The notes beneath the pieces are model-generated. The model searched no databases. It was given only the letters and a program-made list of their open reading frames with translations, and was not told the DNA's origin. Both the position numbers and the translations under genes were made by a program. Source: Candidatus Babeliales bacterium (GTDB taxonomy: Bacteria; Babelota; Babeliae; Babelales; JANWKD01). Taken from it: a DNA stretch of 64,000 bases. Of the stretch, positions 1 to 10,657 are shown one piece after another; the first letter of the stretch is position 1; the number at the start of each line of letters is the position of its first letter. The stretch lies in contig CAVRJM010000001.1 of assembly GCA_963722075.1 (NCBI GenBank), positions 608,001 through 672,000 on the forward strand, in the 5' to 3' direction.

Positions 1-184
1 TGGTTCCGGCCGTTGCATACATGGCAGTTGATTTAAGATGTGCCACCCACCAGGCATCTAAAACATATAAAAGAAGGACTAATGCGGTGATAAATTCAGG
101 AACAAAATAACGAAATATGGTAGCGTAGCTTTCACCATGGGTTTGATCACGAATGCCTGAAATATAACTAGTGAGCATCTTCAT
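1..184 (-). CDS. MATE-family efflux transporter, N-terminus (runs off window edge)
   Basis: Manually translated from ATG at 184: MKMLTSYISGIRDQTHGESYATIFRYFVPEFITALVLLLYVLDAWWVAHLKSTAMYATAGT; P...D..vahl...a.g pattern resembles MATE TM1-TM2; not in ORF track. Confidence 0.55.
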   Translation of the reverse strand, partial: MKMLTSYISGIRDQTHGESYATIFRYFVPEFITALVLLLYVLDAWWVAHLKSTAMYATAGT

Positions 185-347
185 TATTTCGCCTTTCTTA
201 TAAACTTTAAAACTACCATGATTTTTATTATTGATATCCATTTTAAAACTCTTTCTACATGGCAATTATGTTTTTTATTATAGCTAGAAATAAGTATTTT
301 GAGTGTAGTTAAAATATAGAAAGTTTGCAAATGGACCCTCTGGGGAT

Positions 348-986
348 CTAAACTCTTTTAAAAAAGAGCAGCCGTCTCTTTTTATGGTGGACGGTATACT
401 CACATTCATTAAATATAAGCTTTTGCGCCGCAGCCTCGGGAATAAAATGGCGCGAGGCCCAATACACTAACACCGCTTTATTATAAATAGAAGACGGTTG
501 AAACATTCTTAATAGCTCATCCATCTGGAGTGAAGCCCGGGCCATAAACAAGTCAATGGGAAAGCTCGTTTTTCGTAAAAAAGTACGCCAATCCATGCCA
601 ACCACTTCTATACCTTCTAATTGCAGCTTATTGATTAATGCCTGCAGATATTCAATTTTTTTTGTATTTACTTCGATCAAAACTACTTTCAACTGGGGAT
701 AATAGATTTTTAATGGTATGCCGGGGAAACCGCCGCCTGACCCTATGTCGGCGATCATAGTTATTGTTTCCATGTTAAAACAGTTCCTTAGAGCCAAGGA
801 GTCCTTAAAGTGGAGATCAATAATATCGGCCGTATTTTCAATTGCCGTAATATTAAGCGGAGCTTCTTTCATAGTAGCCAAGAGCATTTTAAACTGTTCT
901 ATTTGTAGGGGCGAAAGAGCATATTCTTGACTAAATTGGTCAAAAACTTCCTGATCATGCTTAGATTTTTCGTGCAAAGCAACCAT
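348..986 (-). CDS. rsmG: 16S rRNA m7G527 methyltransferase RsmG (GidB)
   Basis: NITAI, HFKDSL, DIGSGGGFPGIPL SAM motif, LIEVNTKK, ARA. Confidence 0.9.
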   Translation of the reverse strand: MVALHEKSKHDQEVFDQFSQEYALSPLQIEQFKMLLATMKEAPLNITAIENTADIIDLHFKDSLALRNCFNMETITMIADIGSGGGFPGIPLKIYYPQLKVVLIEVNTKKIEYLQALINKLQLEGIEVVGMDWRTFLRKTSFPIDLFMARASLQMDELLRMFQPSSIYNKAVLVYWASRHFIPEAAAQKLIFNECEYTVHHKKRRLLFFKRV

Positions 987-1113
987 CTATTTTGTTCCTT
1001 AAAAAAAATAATAAAAAAGCAACAACATCAAATTGATAGCTTTTTATTATTACTATTTGATATAGTTACAATAAGAAAGAATAGCGGGCTCTCAAAAAAA
1101 CTAAAGTAAAAAA

Positions 1114-1827
1114 ATGCAAAAACTTTTTGTGTTAATACTCGTATCCAATCTATTGTGTAGTATAACCTACGGGCGACTACCCTTTAGTCATATTATTACA
1201 TTTTTTATTCAAGAAGTATCATTCGATACTAATAAGGATACTATTAATAAATTTGAAACAACCGTCACCACCCCAGGAAAAGTTGCCACTAAAATTACCC
1301 AATCGTTTTTAAGTAATGGTCATCACAGTATTTTTGCTACGTACGGTGGGTATCTAACTATTTCTGATTATAATGGCCAAATTATCTTTCCCCGCATGCA
1401 ACAAAAAGAAGAATTGACCCTTATTATCACTGAAAATATTAAACCGGTATTTATGATTGGCAATACAATTCATCATTGGGAATTAGTATCTCCTGCCCAG
1501 ATATATTCAGTCATACGCAAGCAAGATCACAAGACTAAGTTATTTTATTGGGATGTACAACCAGAAAAAGAACTTGCCAATAATATTATTCCTCTCACCA
1601 GTATTGTACTCTTTATAAAGCCTAGAAACATTATAGTCCCTACTGGAATTACCATAACTAATGATAACCCTCAGCTCGTTTTACCGACTCTCTATGCAAA
1701 GAAAAGTATAAATCCGTTGACACCAACATTAAATGTATTAAATATACGGCAATTCTTTGGTGCCTTACCCTCTTCTATTAAAAAAATAAATAATACTTAT
1801 TATGCAGAACAAATAGGAACACAATAA
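1114..1827 (+). CDS. Secreted hypothetical protein
   Basis: 237-aa ORF with N-terminal signal-peptide-like segment; beta-rich; no recognised motif. Confidence 0.7.
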   Translation: MQKLFVLILVSNLLCSITYGRLPFSHIITFFIQEVSFDTNKDTINKFETTVTTPGKVATKITQSFLSNGHHSIFATYGGYLTISDYNGQIIFPRMQQKEELTLIITENIKPVFMIGNTIHHWELVSPAQIYSVIRKQDHKTKLFYWDVQPEKELANNIIPLTSIVLFIKPRNIIVPTGITITNDNPQLVLPTLYAKKSINPLTPTLNVLNIRQFFGALPSSIKKINNTYYAEQIGTQ

Positions 1828-1832
1828 GCCTT

Positions 1833-1860
1833 TTGTACCATTCCTATATATTGTTATACT
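1833..1860 (+). promoter_or_regulatory. Putative sigma70 promoter
   Basis: TTGTAC-16bp-TATACT with extended TG, upstream of AAGGA RBS and ATG 1898. Confidence 0.5.
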
Positions 1861-1897
1861 TATTACATTGGTTAACCATATTCATTAAGGAAATGTC

Positions 1898-2524
1898 ATG
1901 AAACTGCAAATTTCTTTTGATTTGACTGATTTAGAAAAAGCACTGGATATTGCCAGTCAGGTTGCACCATATGCCGATATTATTGAAATTGGGTCATTAC
2001 TTCTTTATAAATATGGAACTCACGCTATTGAAGAATTTCGTAAAAACTTTCCAAATGCAACAATCCTTGTTGATGCAAAAATAAGTGATCGCGCTAAAGA
2101 GGCAGTAAAAACACTTTCATCAGCAGGAGCAAATTGGATTACGGTAATGGCAGGAACTACCCCCAATGTTATTCATTCAGCATGTACTACCGCTCATGAA
2201 TTAAATAAAAAAATAATGCTTGATTTATTAGACGCCTCATCCGTTGGTCAATCTGCTCTTGAAGCAAAGGGGCTTGGTGTTGATGCCCTTCTATTTCATA
2301 CTCCCCATGATGAAGAAACATCACTGACCTTTTTAGATAAATGGGATATTATTCGTGGCAATACCCCTTTACCTATTTTTATTTCGGGTAAAATTTCTCG
2401 TGATATTATTGATAAATTTATTGCTATTAAACCGGATGGTATTATTGTCGGCAAATCAATTATAGATGCATCCAATCCAGCAGAAGAAGCCGCATTTTAC
2501 CATCGTATTTGTACCGAAAATTAA
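1898..2524 (+). CDS. 3-hexulose-6-phosphate synthase / KGPDC (OMP decarboxylase superfamily)
   Basis: MKLQISFD, IIEIGSLL, LVDAKISD, IIVGKSI motifs of HPS/UlaD TIM barrel. Confidence 0.8.
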   Translation: MKLQISFDLTDLEKALDIASQVAPYADIIEIGSLLLYKYGTHAIEEFRKNFPNATILVDAKISDRAKEAVKTLSSAGANWITVMAGTTPNVIHSACTTAHELNKKIMLDLLDASSVGQSALEAKGLGVDALLFHTPHDEETSLTFLDKWDIIRGNTPLPIFISGKISRDIIDKFIAIKPDGIIVGKSIIDASNPAEEAAFYHRICTEN

Positions 2525-2530
2525 TCACCC

Positions 2531-5500
2531 TTACCCGATATACTGATTCGAAGGCGCCAGAATGTTATTAACTTCAATCTGAATATCCGATGCTAAATTG
2601 GTCTCTGCATTAACTGAAGGCCCTCCTAAAAAAATATCCATATAAAGAAATTCCAAGAATGTATATAACTTCAACGATAATTGTGCAATAGCACTATATC
2701 CAATAGCTTGTGTAGTAACATCAGAGGCGTTCTCAATTTTCTCTTTAAACAGCTCAAATCCATTAAACATCAATGTCACAAAATCCTTACCATCAGGAAA
2801 ATCTGTTCTATTAAGCGTAATTGTTACTGAAGTAAGATCATCTAATGCTACTTGGTTTTTTTCAGTAAAGGTATGTAAGAGTGCTAATGCTTGTTGCGTA
2901 ATATCAGTACGAGTACCTTCATCAGGAATAAGCGTCATCAATAATGAAGGATCTGTTTTTTGCGCCCCATGATTTACGATTAAGGTATTACACCCACTAT
3001 AATAAATCATCGCATCAAGTAAGAAATTCTGAATTTTTTTAGCCATATCTTGTTCTGCTGGATCCAAACTGACCGTTGAAACGCCGCCCTGTTGACTCAA
3101 AAATTGTAAGTATTTGGTCATCAAATCAGTAAATGATATTTTTTCTGTTGCACCAGTACTTAATACGATATCAATCAATCCTTTTTGTGTTTCTTGAAAA
3201 GAGCCAAGATTATTCGTAGAGCCTTTAAACATTGCCCCATAATAACGCACGTTAGCCTGAGTAGTACTTTTTTTAATACTATCAGTAGGTGCCGTAATTC
3301 GCTGATATAAATTAACTGCAGTAAAGAAATAAGATAATGAGTCAAAAAATTTTTTCTGGTTAGTTAAAATCATTCCAGCATTCATATGATATTGTGCCAT
3401 GGTTCCATACAGATCATCTGAATTCTTATAGGTAACAATGGCCATTACATAGTTGCCCAACATATCTTTAAGTACTTGCGTATAATTGTATGATAATGGA
3501 TCCCCAATTAAAAAGGTGGCTAAGGTATCGGCGCAATTTTTATAACTATCAAGTAATAATGATATTATTGATGCATATTCTTTTGATTGTGCGGTGGTCA
3601 AATTACTGCTAATTGGGCCATTATAATACGCAATCATTTGGTTATATAGATTCTTTATAGAATTATATAAGGCCATATACGGATCTAACGTTATATTCAT
3701 ATCAGTCTGAGGCACTTGCTTAAGCGCTTTCCAGGTAGTACTAGTCGTAATTGAATCAAGCTGTTTTTGAAAATCGTACCCTTGGCTCAAGAAGGTGTGT
3801 ACCTGTGCCTCAATCATAGCAGCGTATTGTTCTGAATCATTACCAGCTGGTAAGGAAGGTTGGCAAATCTGCATATTTGCAGTAGATAAATCAGCAGGTC
3901 GATATAAGGATGCCGCACAAATATAATATTCAATAACCGCCGGATAATTTTGATAAAAGGTGATTTCATCAACAAACGGCGGTATTGGTACATAATATTC
4001 ATAGAGGCCATATTGTGGCATACCATTTTGGATGCCAATAGGCTGTAAAGAAAGTGAAGAGATTTTTGCCTGTACCCGTTTTGTTAATTCATTATTAAAA
4101 AGAAGTGCATTTGTTAAAACTGAAATAAATGCCGATTGCTGATCAGGAATAAATGATTGAAAAACGCTATTGTTTATCAATTGATTATATGATAATGAAA
4201 ATAAGGGAAAGAGTGTATCAAAATCGAAACCAGGAAACATTTCAGTTATTTTATTATAAATGTACATTTTTGAAGCAAGAGAAATGAGAAAATCACTTAC
4301 CATTTGTGGCGTTTTTAAATTTCTAAAATCTACCCCACTGGTGAATTCAACCGGAACCGCTTGCCCATATACTTTTATTTCGTAATGATCTGGTATCTGT
4401 ATGCCATTAATGGTAACAGCTCCTTGAGGGATTATTAAATCTCGATATTCAGTTGCTAAATAAAGCGCATTAGCTACTGCCAATTGATCATTAAACGATG
4501 CTATAAGATTTGGCTGGTTTTCTTTCAAATAGATCTGTTTAGCCTGGTAGTAACATGGATATGCTAGGGTATAATTTTTTTGCTTTAAATATAAATCTCC
4601 TAATTGTTTATACAATGATGCTAGTTGCAACGAAGGGTTAGGCATCGTTATAGTTTGTTTTATTGTTAATGCATTATAAGTAATAACCCCATGGCTATCA
4701 ACACTTTTTTCCAGTAAAGTACCCAATGGTGTTGATGATAAGCCCATAGATTCTCGCACGTTTTCTTCGGTCTGAATTGCTTGATCTGCAATAATACTCC
4801 AATGCATAAGCGTTTCTTGATCTGTCGTTGCCGTAGTAGTTAATGAAGTTGGGTCATTAATAGTTTTGAGAAGAGCGGTTGCTTTATTAAAAAAGAGTGT
4901 AATATTTTGATTAATTTCTTTTATTACCGGTTCTGTATCTTCTTTTTGAGTAAGCAATAATAAATAGTTCATATATTGTATTAACGCAATACCAATCTCA
5001 GGAAAAAATGAGCTTGGTACCTTTTGTTGATACAAAGCAGCATAACTAGTAATAGCGTTAGTAAAAGCATCTTTGGCTTGCATATATCCTAGATGATAAA
5101 TTAATAGGTATTGTTGCAAAAGATTATTCCATTGCACCGTTGCATCACTACTATAATACGCGGTTGTTGAATTAGAAACCCATGAACTAGCCGGTAATGT
5201 TTGTAATCTTTTTTCTGTTGCTTGAGCGTTTGCATATAATTGTGCAATAGAAGGTGTACTTTTAGATAATATTCCCAATGTCGTTGTAATAAAAGAATCA
5301 ACTGCAGGCGTTAAATAATTAAAACGAGTATTAGCATCATTGTAATACATAAGTGCTAAAACAGGATTACTTCCAAGTGTATTTGCGTATTGTATGCCTA
5401 ATTTTGCGATATGCCGCTGTGCAATAGTAGTAAAATCTATATTTTCTCCCTTTTGAGTAAATAAATAAGGAAGATAACTAGCAAGTTGCTTATTTTTTTC

Positions 5501-7390
5501 ATACAAACTATCTGCTTGACCAAATAGTTGAAGCGCTGCTTCATAATATTGATCTGCTTGTAACAATGCTTGTGAAGATAACCCCGCTAATTGTTCATCT
5601 CCTTGCATAAGATTAAATTGCGCCTGACTTAATGATGTTACTAATGAAACCCCTTCAGTTAAATTTTGCAACAAGGTAATGGTCTGGGCGGATTGTTGTA
5701 AGGAAGGATTATTTTTTATTACTGATTGATATGATTGAACTGCAGGTGCAAGGGTAACGTAGGTATTTTGATAGAGCGAAATGAGATCATTAAACAATGG
5801 TTCAAAAGTAGCCATGGTAACTGACGTATCGAGCGAATTGATAAAAGTAATATATTCACTAATCAGTGCACTATTTTTTGAACTAAATTGATTATAAAGG
5901 GCCGTGCCATTTTTTATGGCATAGTTTCCTAAAATAGCACTTAACGTAATGCTTACTTTATTAGCATCCACTTTATCACCCGCTTGAAGAAAATACTGTT
6001 GCGCGGTGGTATATTGTGAGATTGCTTTTGACTCATCACCATTAGTGTACGCATTTTGAGCGTCAATTATCAGTTGACCCGCCTGCGTTAATTTCGTGTA
6101 TAACCCAATATAATTTTGTGCACTCGCAGTACTACTGGCTTGAGAAAAATAGACGCTTGCTTGTTTAAAGTAGGTAATAATTTGTTGCCGCATCGGTTCA
6201 GTATTTTGGTTTGGCTGTAATGATTTCATTAGTGACAAACCAATGTTAGCATTCAAAAGCGCTAAGCTAATATTAGCATTACGTGCGGCATCATTTGTAT
6301 TACTTGGTTCATTAATTTGCTTAATTTCATCCATTATTAATGTATATATTTGTAATGCATATGAAAGTTGTTCTTGAGTGGGCGAACTTCCTGCTTGTAT
6401 CACTAAATGAGATAATGCATTATTATACGCTACATAGGTGGCATTTATTTTATTTTGCAGATAATTGAAAAACATTTTTTGTTGATCAGTACTCGTATCA
6501 AAATATTTTGCTATTATTATTTGTAAGGATTTATCAAACCCATCACGTACTAACCAGGTATCTTTTTTATTGTTCGTTCCCCTTATTTTTATGCTTAAAG
6601 CTACTAACGCTTTAAAATAATCATTACTAATGGGCTCTTTTTGAATCTGCTGTATATTTTGAAAAATAATTTCATTATATAAATTACCAATCCTTTTAAT
6701 AATATTATTTAATAATTGTGCCCGATCATCTGCATGTATAGGCATTACTTGCTTATATAGATCATATGCCTTCTGAGCCAATGCATCCAATTGCGCAGAC
6801 AATTGTTCTACCGTCGCTTCTTTATACGCTTGTCCCAGAGCAAGTTGATTAAGAAACTTCTGAATGTTATCTCCTAATTGATTATAGGTTGGTAAGAGCT
6901 GCATGAGCTTACTAAATAGTACCTCCATCTTTTGCTCATACGCTTCTTGCGCTTTAATAAGCGCTTCTTCCTTTTTATAATTAATGGTACCGCCATGTTT
7001 TTTTTGCTGTTGCTGCTGATACAATGTAATTGCCTGAGCAATTTTTAAATTAATGGGATACAAAAGATCATTGATCGATTGTTGCGCTTGTGTTACGGCA
7101 TTATTTAATAACAATAATGCGTCCATGTTATTCGGTTCTTTCTGCCAAGGAGCAATTTGCTTCATTGTTGTTTTATAGGTGGTATCTATTTGTTTTGCCG
7201 TAGCTACCAGCTGATTTCTTAGATTCTGTTGCGTTGATGCTGGTAATTCTACCAGCTGTTTTTCTAACACACTAATTTCTGTTTTTATGCCATTATATGT
7301 ATTGGTTAAATCTTGAGCCGTTTTAATAGCATACAGTACACCCCACCCAGACAACATGAAAACAAGAATACCATTCTTAATGAACTTCAT
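2531..7390 (-). CDS. Very large secreted alpha-helical (solenoid/TPR-like) protein
   Basis: ~1620 aa; signal peptide MKFIKNGILVFMLSGWGVLYA after GGAG RBS; recurring A..yy..A...f helices; Q/Y/N/L-rich. Confidence 0.75.
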   Translation of the reverse strand: MKFIKNGILVFMLSGWGVLYAIKTAQDLTNTYNGIKTEISVLEKQLVELPASTQQNLRNQLVATAKQIDTTYKTTMKQIAPWQKEPNNMDALLLLNNAVTQAQQSINDLLYPINLKIAQAITLYQQQQQKKHGGTINYKKEEALIKAQEAYEQKMEVLFSKLMQLLPTYNQLGDNIQKFLNQLALGQAYKEATVEQLSAQLDALAQKAYDLYKQVMPIHADDRAQLLNNIIKRIGNLYNEIIFQNIQQIQKEPISNDYFKALVALSIKIRGTNNKKDTWLVRDGFDKSLQIIIAKYFDTSTDQQKMFFNYLQNKINATYVAYNNALSHLVIQAGSSPTQEQLSYALQIYTLIMDEIKQINEPSNTNDAARNANISLALLNANIGLSLMKSLQPNQNTEPMRQQIITYFKQASVYFSQASSTASAQNYIGLYTKLTQAGQLIIDAQNAYTNGDESKAISQYTTAQQYFLQAGDKVDANKVSITLSAILGNYAIKNGTALYNQFSSKNSALISEYITFINSLDTSVTMATFEPLFNDLISLYQNTYVTLAPAVQSYQSVIKNNPSLQQSAQTITLLQNLTEGVSLVTSLSQAQFNLMQGDEQLAGLSSQALLQADQYYEAALQLFGQADSLYEKNKQLASYLPYLFTQKGENIDFTTIAQRHIAKLGIQYANTLGSNPVLALMYYNDANTRFNYLTPAVDSFITTTLGILSKSTPSIAQLYANAQATEKRLQTLPASSWVSNSTTAYYSSDATVQWNNLLQQYLLIYHLGYMQAKDAFTNAITSYAALYQQKVPSSFFPEIGIALIQYMNYLLLLTQKEDTEPVIKEINQNITLFFNKATALLKTINDPTSLTTTATTDQETLMHWSIIADQAIQTEENVRESMGLSSTPLGTLLEKSVDSHGVITYNALTIKQTITMPNPSLQLASLYKQLGDLYLKQKNYTLAYPCYYQAKQIYLKENQPNLIASFNDQLAVANALYLATEYRDLIIPQGAVTINGIQIPDHYEIKVYGQAVPVEFTSGVDFRNLKTPQMVSDFLISLASKMYIYNKITEMFPGFDFDTLFPLFSLSYNQLINNSVFQSFIPDQQSAFISVLTNALLFNNELTKRVQAKISSLSLQPIGIQNGMPQYGLYEYYVPIPPFVDEITFYQNYPAVIEYYICAASLYRPADLSTANMQICQPSLPAGNDSEQYAAMIEAQVHTFLSQGYDFQKQLDSITTSTTWKALKQVPQTDMNITLDPYMALYNSIKNLYNQMIAYYNGPISSNLTTAQSKEYASIISLLLDSYKNCADTLATFLIGDPLSYNYTQVLKDMLGNYVMAIVTYKNSDDLYGTMAQYHMNAGMILTNQKKFFDSLSYFFTAVNLYQRITAPTDSIKKSTTQANVRYYGAMFKGSTNNLGSFQETQKGLIDIVLSTGATEKISFTDLMTKYLQFLSQQGGVSTVSLDPAEQDMAKKIQNFLLDAMIYYSGCNTLIVNHGAQKTDPSLLMTLIPDEGTRTDITQQALALLHTFTEKNQVALDDLTSVTITLNRTDFPDGKDFVTLMFNGFELFKEKIENASDVTTQAIGYSAIAQLSLKLYTFLEFLYMDIFLGGPSVNAETNLASDIQIEVNNILAPSNQYIG

Positions 7391-7467
7391 TACTATCACT
7401 CCGCTTTTTTATTTTTCACTGTGATTGTAGCTAAAGATATTGTAAGTAGCGGAGTAAAAACAATATT

Positions 7468-9213
7468 TTATGTTTGTTGTTGTGCAAACATCTCTTTTAT
7501 TTCATCTGGCGATGTCGATTGTTCTGGCGTTTTATCAAGGCGATATTCTATAAAACGAGGAAATCGTAAAGCAAATCCTAAATGCTGTTCCGTTTTACCC
7601 GCAGTATGCAACGGTGAAATAGTAATTTCATCAGCTAAAATGGTACATACAATAGTGGGATAAACCCATACATCGGGAAAGAGTTCTTTAGGACATTCAA
7701 TATTAATTGGTTTTTCTTCAACTTTTAAAGAATCTGCTTTATTTTTTAAGGCAACCCATTCTTCATCAGTAAGCCCCGTACCTATTTTTGCAATGGTTTG
7801 AAAATGATCTTTTCGTTTGTTATAAATTCCCACTAAGAAAGCTCCAATTCCAAAAGCTGCTCGTTTACCTGACCCATAATAATACCCCAATACAACACAA
7901 TCGATGGTATCCTCTAGATGGCCTTGCGTAATTCTTTTTAACTTAATCCAATTAAAATTTCGTTTGCCTGGTTGATACGTAGAATTTATTTTCTTTACCA
8001 TCACCCCTTCTAATCCCGCATCAATATTCTTTAAAAAATAGGATTCCAGATCTTGCACAGAGTTGATAGGAATTTCAGGGATAATTTGAATTTTAAGCCC
8101 GACATAGGATTGAATAAGATCAACAAGAGCTTCTCTTCGTTGATGGTGCGTACGATCCATTAAATCCTGCCCATTTAGGTAGAGAATATCAAAAAGAAAT
8201 ACCTGTAATGGATACTCACTGGCTGCTTCCTCGATACCATGTTTTCTTTTACGTTTCACCGTTTCTTGAAAGGGAACAAAAACACCGGTATTAGGATCAT
8301 ATGCAATTGCTTCACCTTCACAAATAAGCTCTTTGACATCAAGTTTCATAAATTCTTGTGCGACATCAGGAAACATATGAGTCATATCTAGTAAATTACG
8401 TGAAAACAATTTAATGAATGGTTTTTTTGGATCAGTTTTATCAAGGTGAATTTGCAACCGAAAACCATCTAATTTAGGCTGTGCAACACTGTGCCCCAGT
8501 TTTTCAAAAACAGCCTGTGGATCAGGTAAGCGTTCAGCTGCAGCCATGCGAATTGGAATACCAATTTGACTGTGCATATGCTGCAAGGAGTTGATCCCCT
8601 TTTCCTTTATGGTATGAGCAATATAGCCAATATCGGCGCAAATGTTATAGGCATTTTCAATTTCTTTATGTAAACTTTTATCCCCTTTTTCCATCCATGA
8701 TAAGGCATCCACAAGGGTCATATCTGAAAAACCAAGCCGTAATTTCCCCAAAATGATACGTATAACATATTTTGCTGATAGAGAATCTAATTCTTGGAGC
8801 AACTGCAATACATGGCTATATTTTTCTTCTTGAGAACCGGTTCCACCAATAGCTTCCAATTCGAGTAATTTTTGATTAACTTGCAGTAATGTTACCTCTT
8901 TATCAGTATGCCATCCGCCATAAGCATCGATAACAAGCCCTAAATCACCCAATTCTTTCGTTCTTTTTGCCACTGTATCAACGGGTAAATTTAATAATCC
9001 GGCCACTACTTTTATAAGACTTTTTTCTGCCATATTAAATTGTGTACCGCCCTGGTAAGACGGGCGTAGCATTCCTAAGGAGAAATTACAAATGCAGGCA
9101 GCTTCATGCGCTGAAGCCTTGCTCAATAATTCAGCTAATAGCTTAGTAATCTCAGTTCTTGAAGAAACGATACTAATTTGTTCAAACACGTGTGCTACTG
9201 TTTTAAAAAACAT
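7468..9213 (-). CDS. lig: ATP-dependent DNA ligase (archaeal/eukaryotic LigI-like architecture with N-terminal DNA-binding domain)
   Basis: Motif I KLDGFR, EGE, FDILY, EGVMVK, WIKLK, LRFPRF; start placed at ATG 9213 behind GGAG. Confidence 0.92.
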   Translation of the reverse strand: MFFKTVAHVFEQISIVSSRTEITKLLAELLSKASAHEAACICNFSLGMLRPSYQGGTQFNMAEKSLIKVVAGLLNLPVDTVAKRTKELGDLGLVIDAYGGWHTDKEVTLLQVNQKLLELEAIGGTGSQEEKYSHVLQLLQELDSLSAKYVIRIILGKLRLGFSDMTLVDALSWMEKGDKSLHKEIENAYNICADIGYIAHTIKEKGINSLQHMHSQIGIPIRMAAAERLPDPQAVFEKLGHSVAQPKLDGFRLQIHLDKTDPKKPFIKLFSRNLLDMTHMFPDVAQEFMKLDVKELICEGEAIAYDPNTGVFVPFQETVKRKRKHGIEEAASEYPLQVFLFDILYLNGQDLMDRTHHQRREALVDLIQSYVGLKIQIIPEIPINSVQDLESYFLKNIDAGLEGVMVKKINSTYQPGKRNFNWIKLKRITQGHLEDTIDCVVLGYYYGSGKRAAFGIGAFLVGIYNKRKDHFQTIAKIGTGLTDEEWVALKNKADSLKVEEKPINIECPKELFPDVWVYPTIVCTILADEITISPLHTAGKTEQHLGFALRFPRFIEYRLDKTPEQSTSPDEIKEMFAQQQT

Positions 9214-9304
9214 CTTTTCTCCCAATTTAATTTGATCGTACGATATATTGTTATTAAAGCAAAGACAAGTAACATACAGTATCATGAAAAGAATGATATA
9301 ACTA

Positions 9305-9889
9305 TTAAGACACTGCTTTATAGCCATTAATAAATGATCTAATATTTTTCTCATGACGCCATAACCCCCAACTACTGATAAAAAAAGAAAGCATAATCAT
9401 TGATGGATTAATGCCATTATAAAAAAGGGTAACAAATGGTAAACTTATAAGGCCCATCACCGATGCAAAACCTACGTTCTTAGTAAGGAGCACCGCACAA
9501 AGCCATATTAATAAAACACCATATAGAATTATGCCATTAAGCGCTAATAGTATACCAATAGCAGTTGCAATTCCCTTACCCCCTTTACCCTGTAAAAAAC
9601 AAGAAAATCCATTACCAATTAATAAGGCGATTGAAGAGCTGAGTAATACAAAATCAGGTAGCTGAAATTGAATCAAAAGCTGCAAGAAAATGTACGCTTT
9701 TATACAATCAAGAAAAAAAACAATAAAGAAATATTTAATACCTGCAACGCGCGCTACATTAGTAGCACCGATATTTCCTGAACCATGTTTGGTTATATCG
9801 TCAATACCCACATACCGCGCTAATAACCAACCAGAAGGAATCGCACCAATAAGATAAGCAATAATAGATACAATTAATAATAACATCAT
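9305..9889 (-). CDS. plsY: Glycerol-3-phosphate acyltransferase PlsY
   Basis: AYLIGAIPSG, HGSGNIGATNVAR, KGGKGIAT, RHEKNI. Confidence 0.92.
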   Translation of the reverse strand: MMLLLIVSIIAYLIGAIPSGWLLARYVGIDDITKHGSGNIGATNVARVAGIKYFFIVFFLDCIKAYIFLQLLIQFQLPDFVLLSSSIALLIGNGFSCFLQGKGGKGIATAIGILLALNGIILYGVLLIWLCAVLLTKNVGFASVMGLISLPFVTLFYNGINPSMIMLSFFISSWGLWRHEKNIRSFINGYKAVS

Positions 9890-9893
9890 TTCA

Positions 9894-10478
9894 TTATCTA
9901 CAAGCAGCAACCAGATTATGAGCACAATCTAATTTAATAATTTCTTTATTTAATTTTAGTATATTTTGCTCTGTTCCAATAATAAAGACCTGACTATCAT
10001 TTTTTAATAACATTTTTGTTCCATTTTTATGATTATATAATACAAACTTATTTTCATATGCATTTATAATAAAAATTGATTCTAATATTTCTTTAAAAAA
10101 CATATTCAACCATCTGTTTTCCGGATGCTCAAGTTTAAAAGTTATCAGCGCTGAAGGCTTCTCTATATCAAATAAACAAAAAATAATCATAATAGTTACA
10201 ACTAAATCTGGTTTACCACGAAGATAAAATGCATTTTTATTAGGACAATATGAACCAATTACCGAAAGACCAGTAACAAATTGGTTAAACGAATCAATTA
10301 AATCAGATTGATAACGTAAATAATAATATCCTTCTATTTCCTGACTACCATCAATTTCAGTCAATGATACTGATTGATTATAAACAGTAAAGAATTGGTC
10401 TGGGGTAAGAGTAGCGCTTTCAGCGTTAATTGAGAAATTAAATAAAAGAAATAATAGAAAAGAATAAGTCTTTAACAT
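9894..10478 (-). CDS. Secreted hypothetical protein with secretin N-domain-like repeats
   Basis: Signal peptide; NAFYLRGKPDLV...FD and VFIIGTEQNILKLNKEIIKLD segments. Confidence 0.45.
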   Translation of the reverse strand: MLKTYSFLLFLLFNFSINAESATLTPDQFFTVYNQSVSLTEIDGSQEIEGYYYLRYQSDLIDSFNQFVTGLSVIGSYCPNKNAFYLRGKPDLVVTIMIIFCLFDIEKPSALITFKLEHPENRWLNMFFKEILESIFIINAYENKFVLYNHKNGTKMLLKNDSQVFIIGTEQNILKLNKEIIKLDCAHNLVAACR

Positions 10479-10657
10479 TAGTAACCCTTAAATATCAATT
10501 ATAGAATATACAAAATATAATATCATATATAAAGACTTAACTCAAATTTTAAAAACTTTTCTAATAGAGTTATTTTTTGATATTTATACCAACCTCTTAT
10601 TAACTTTTCTTAAAAAAAATTATATAACTTACGATAATAAAAGAGAAAGATTAATAA

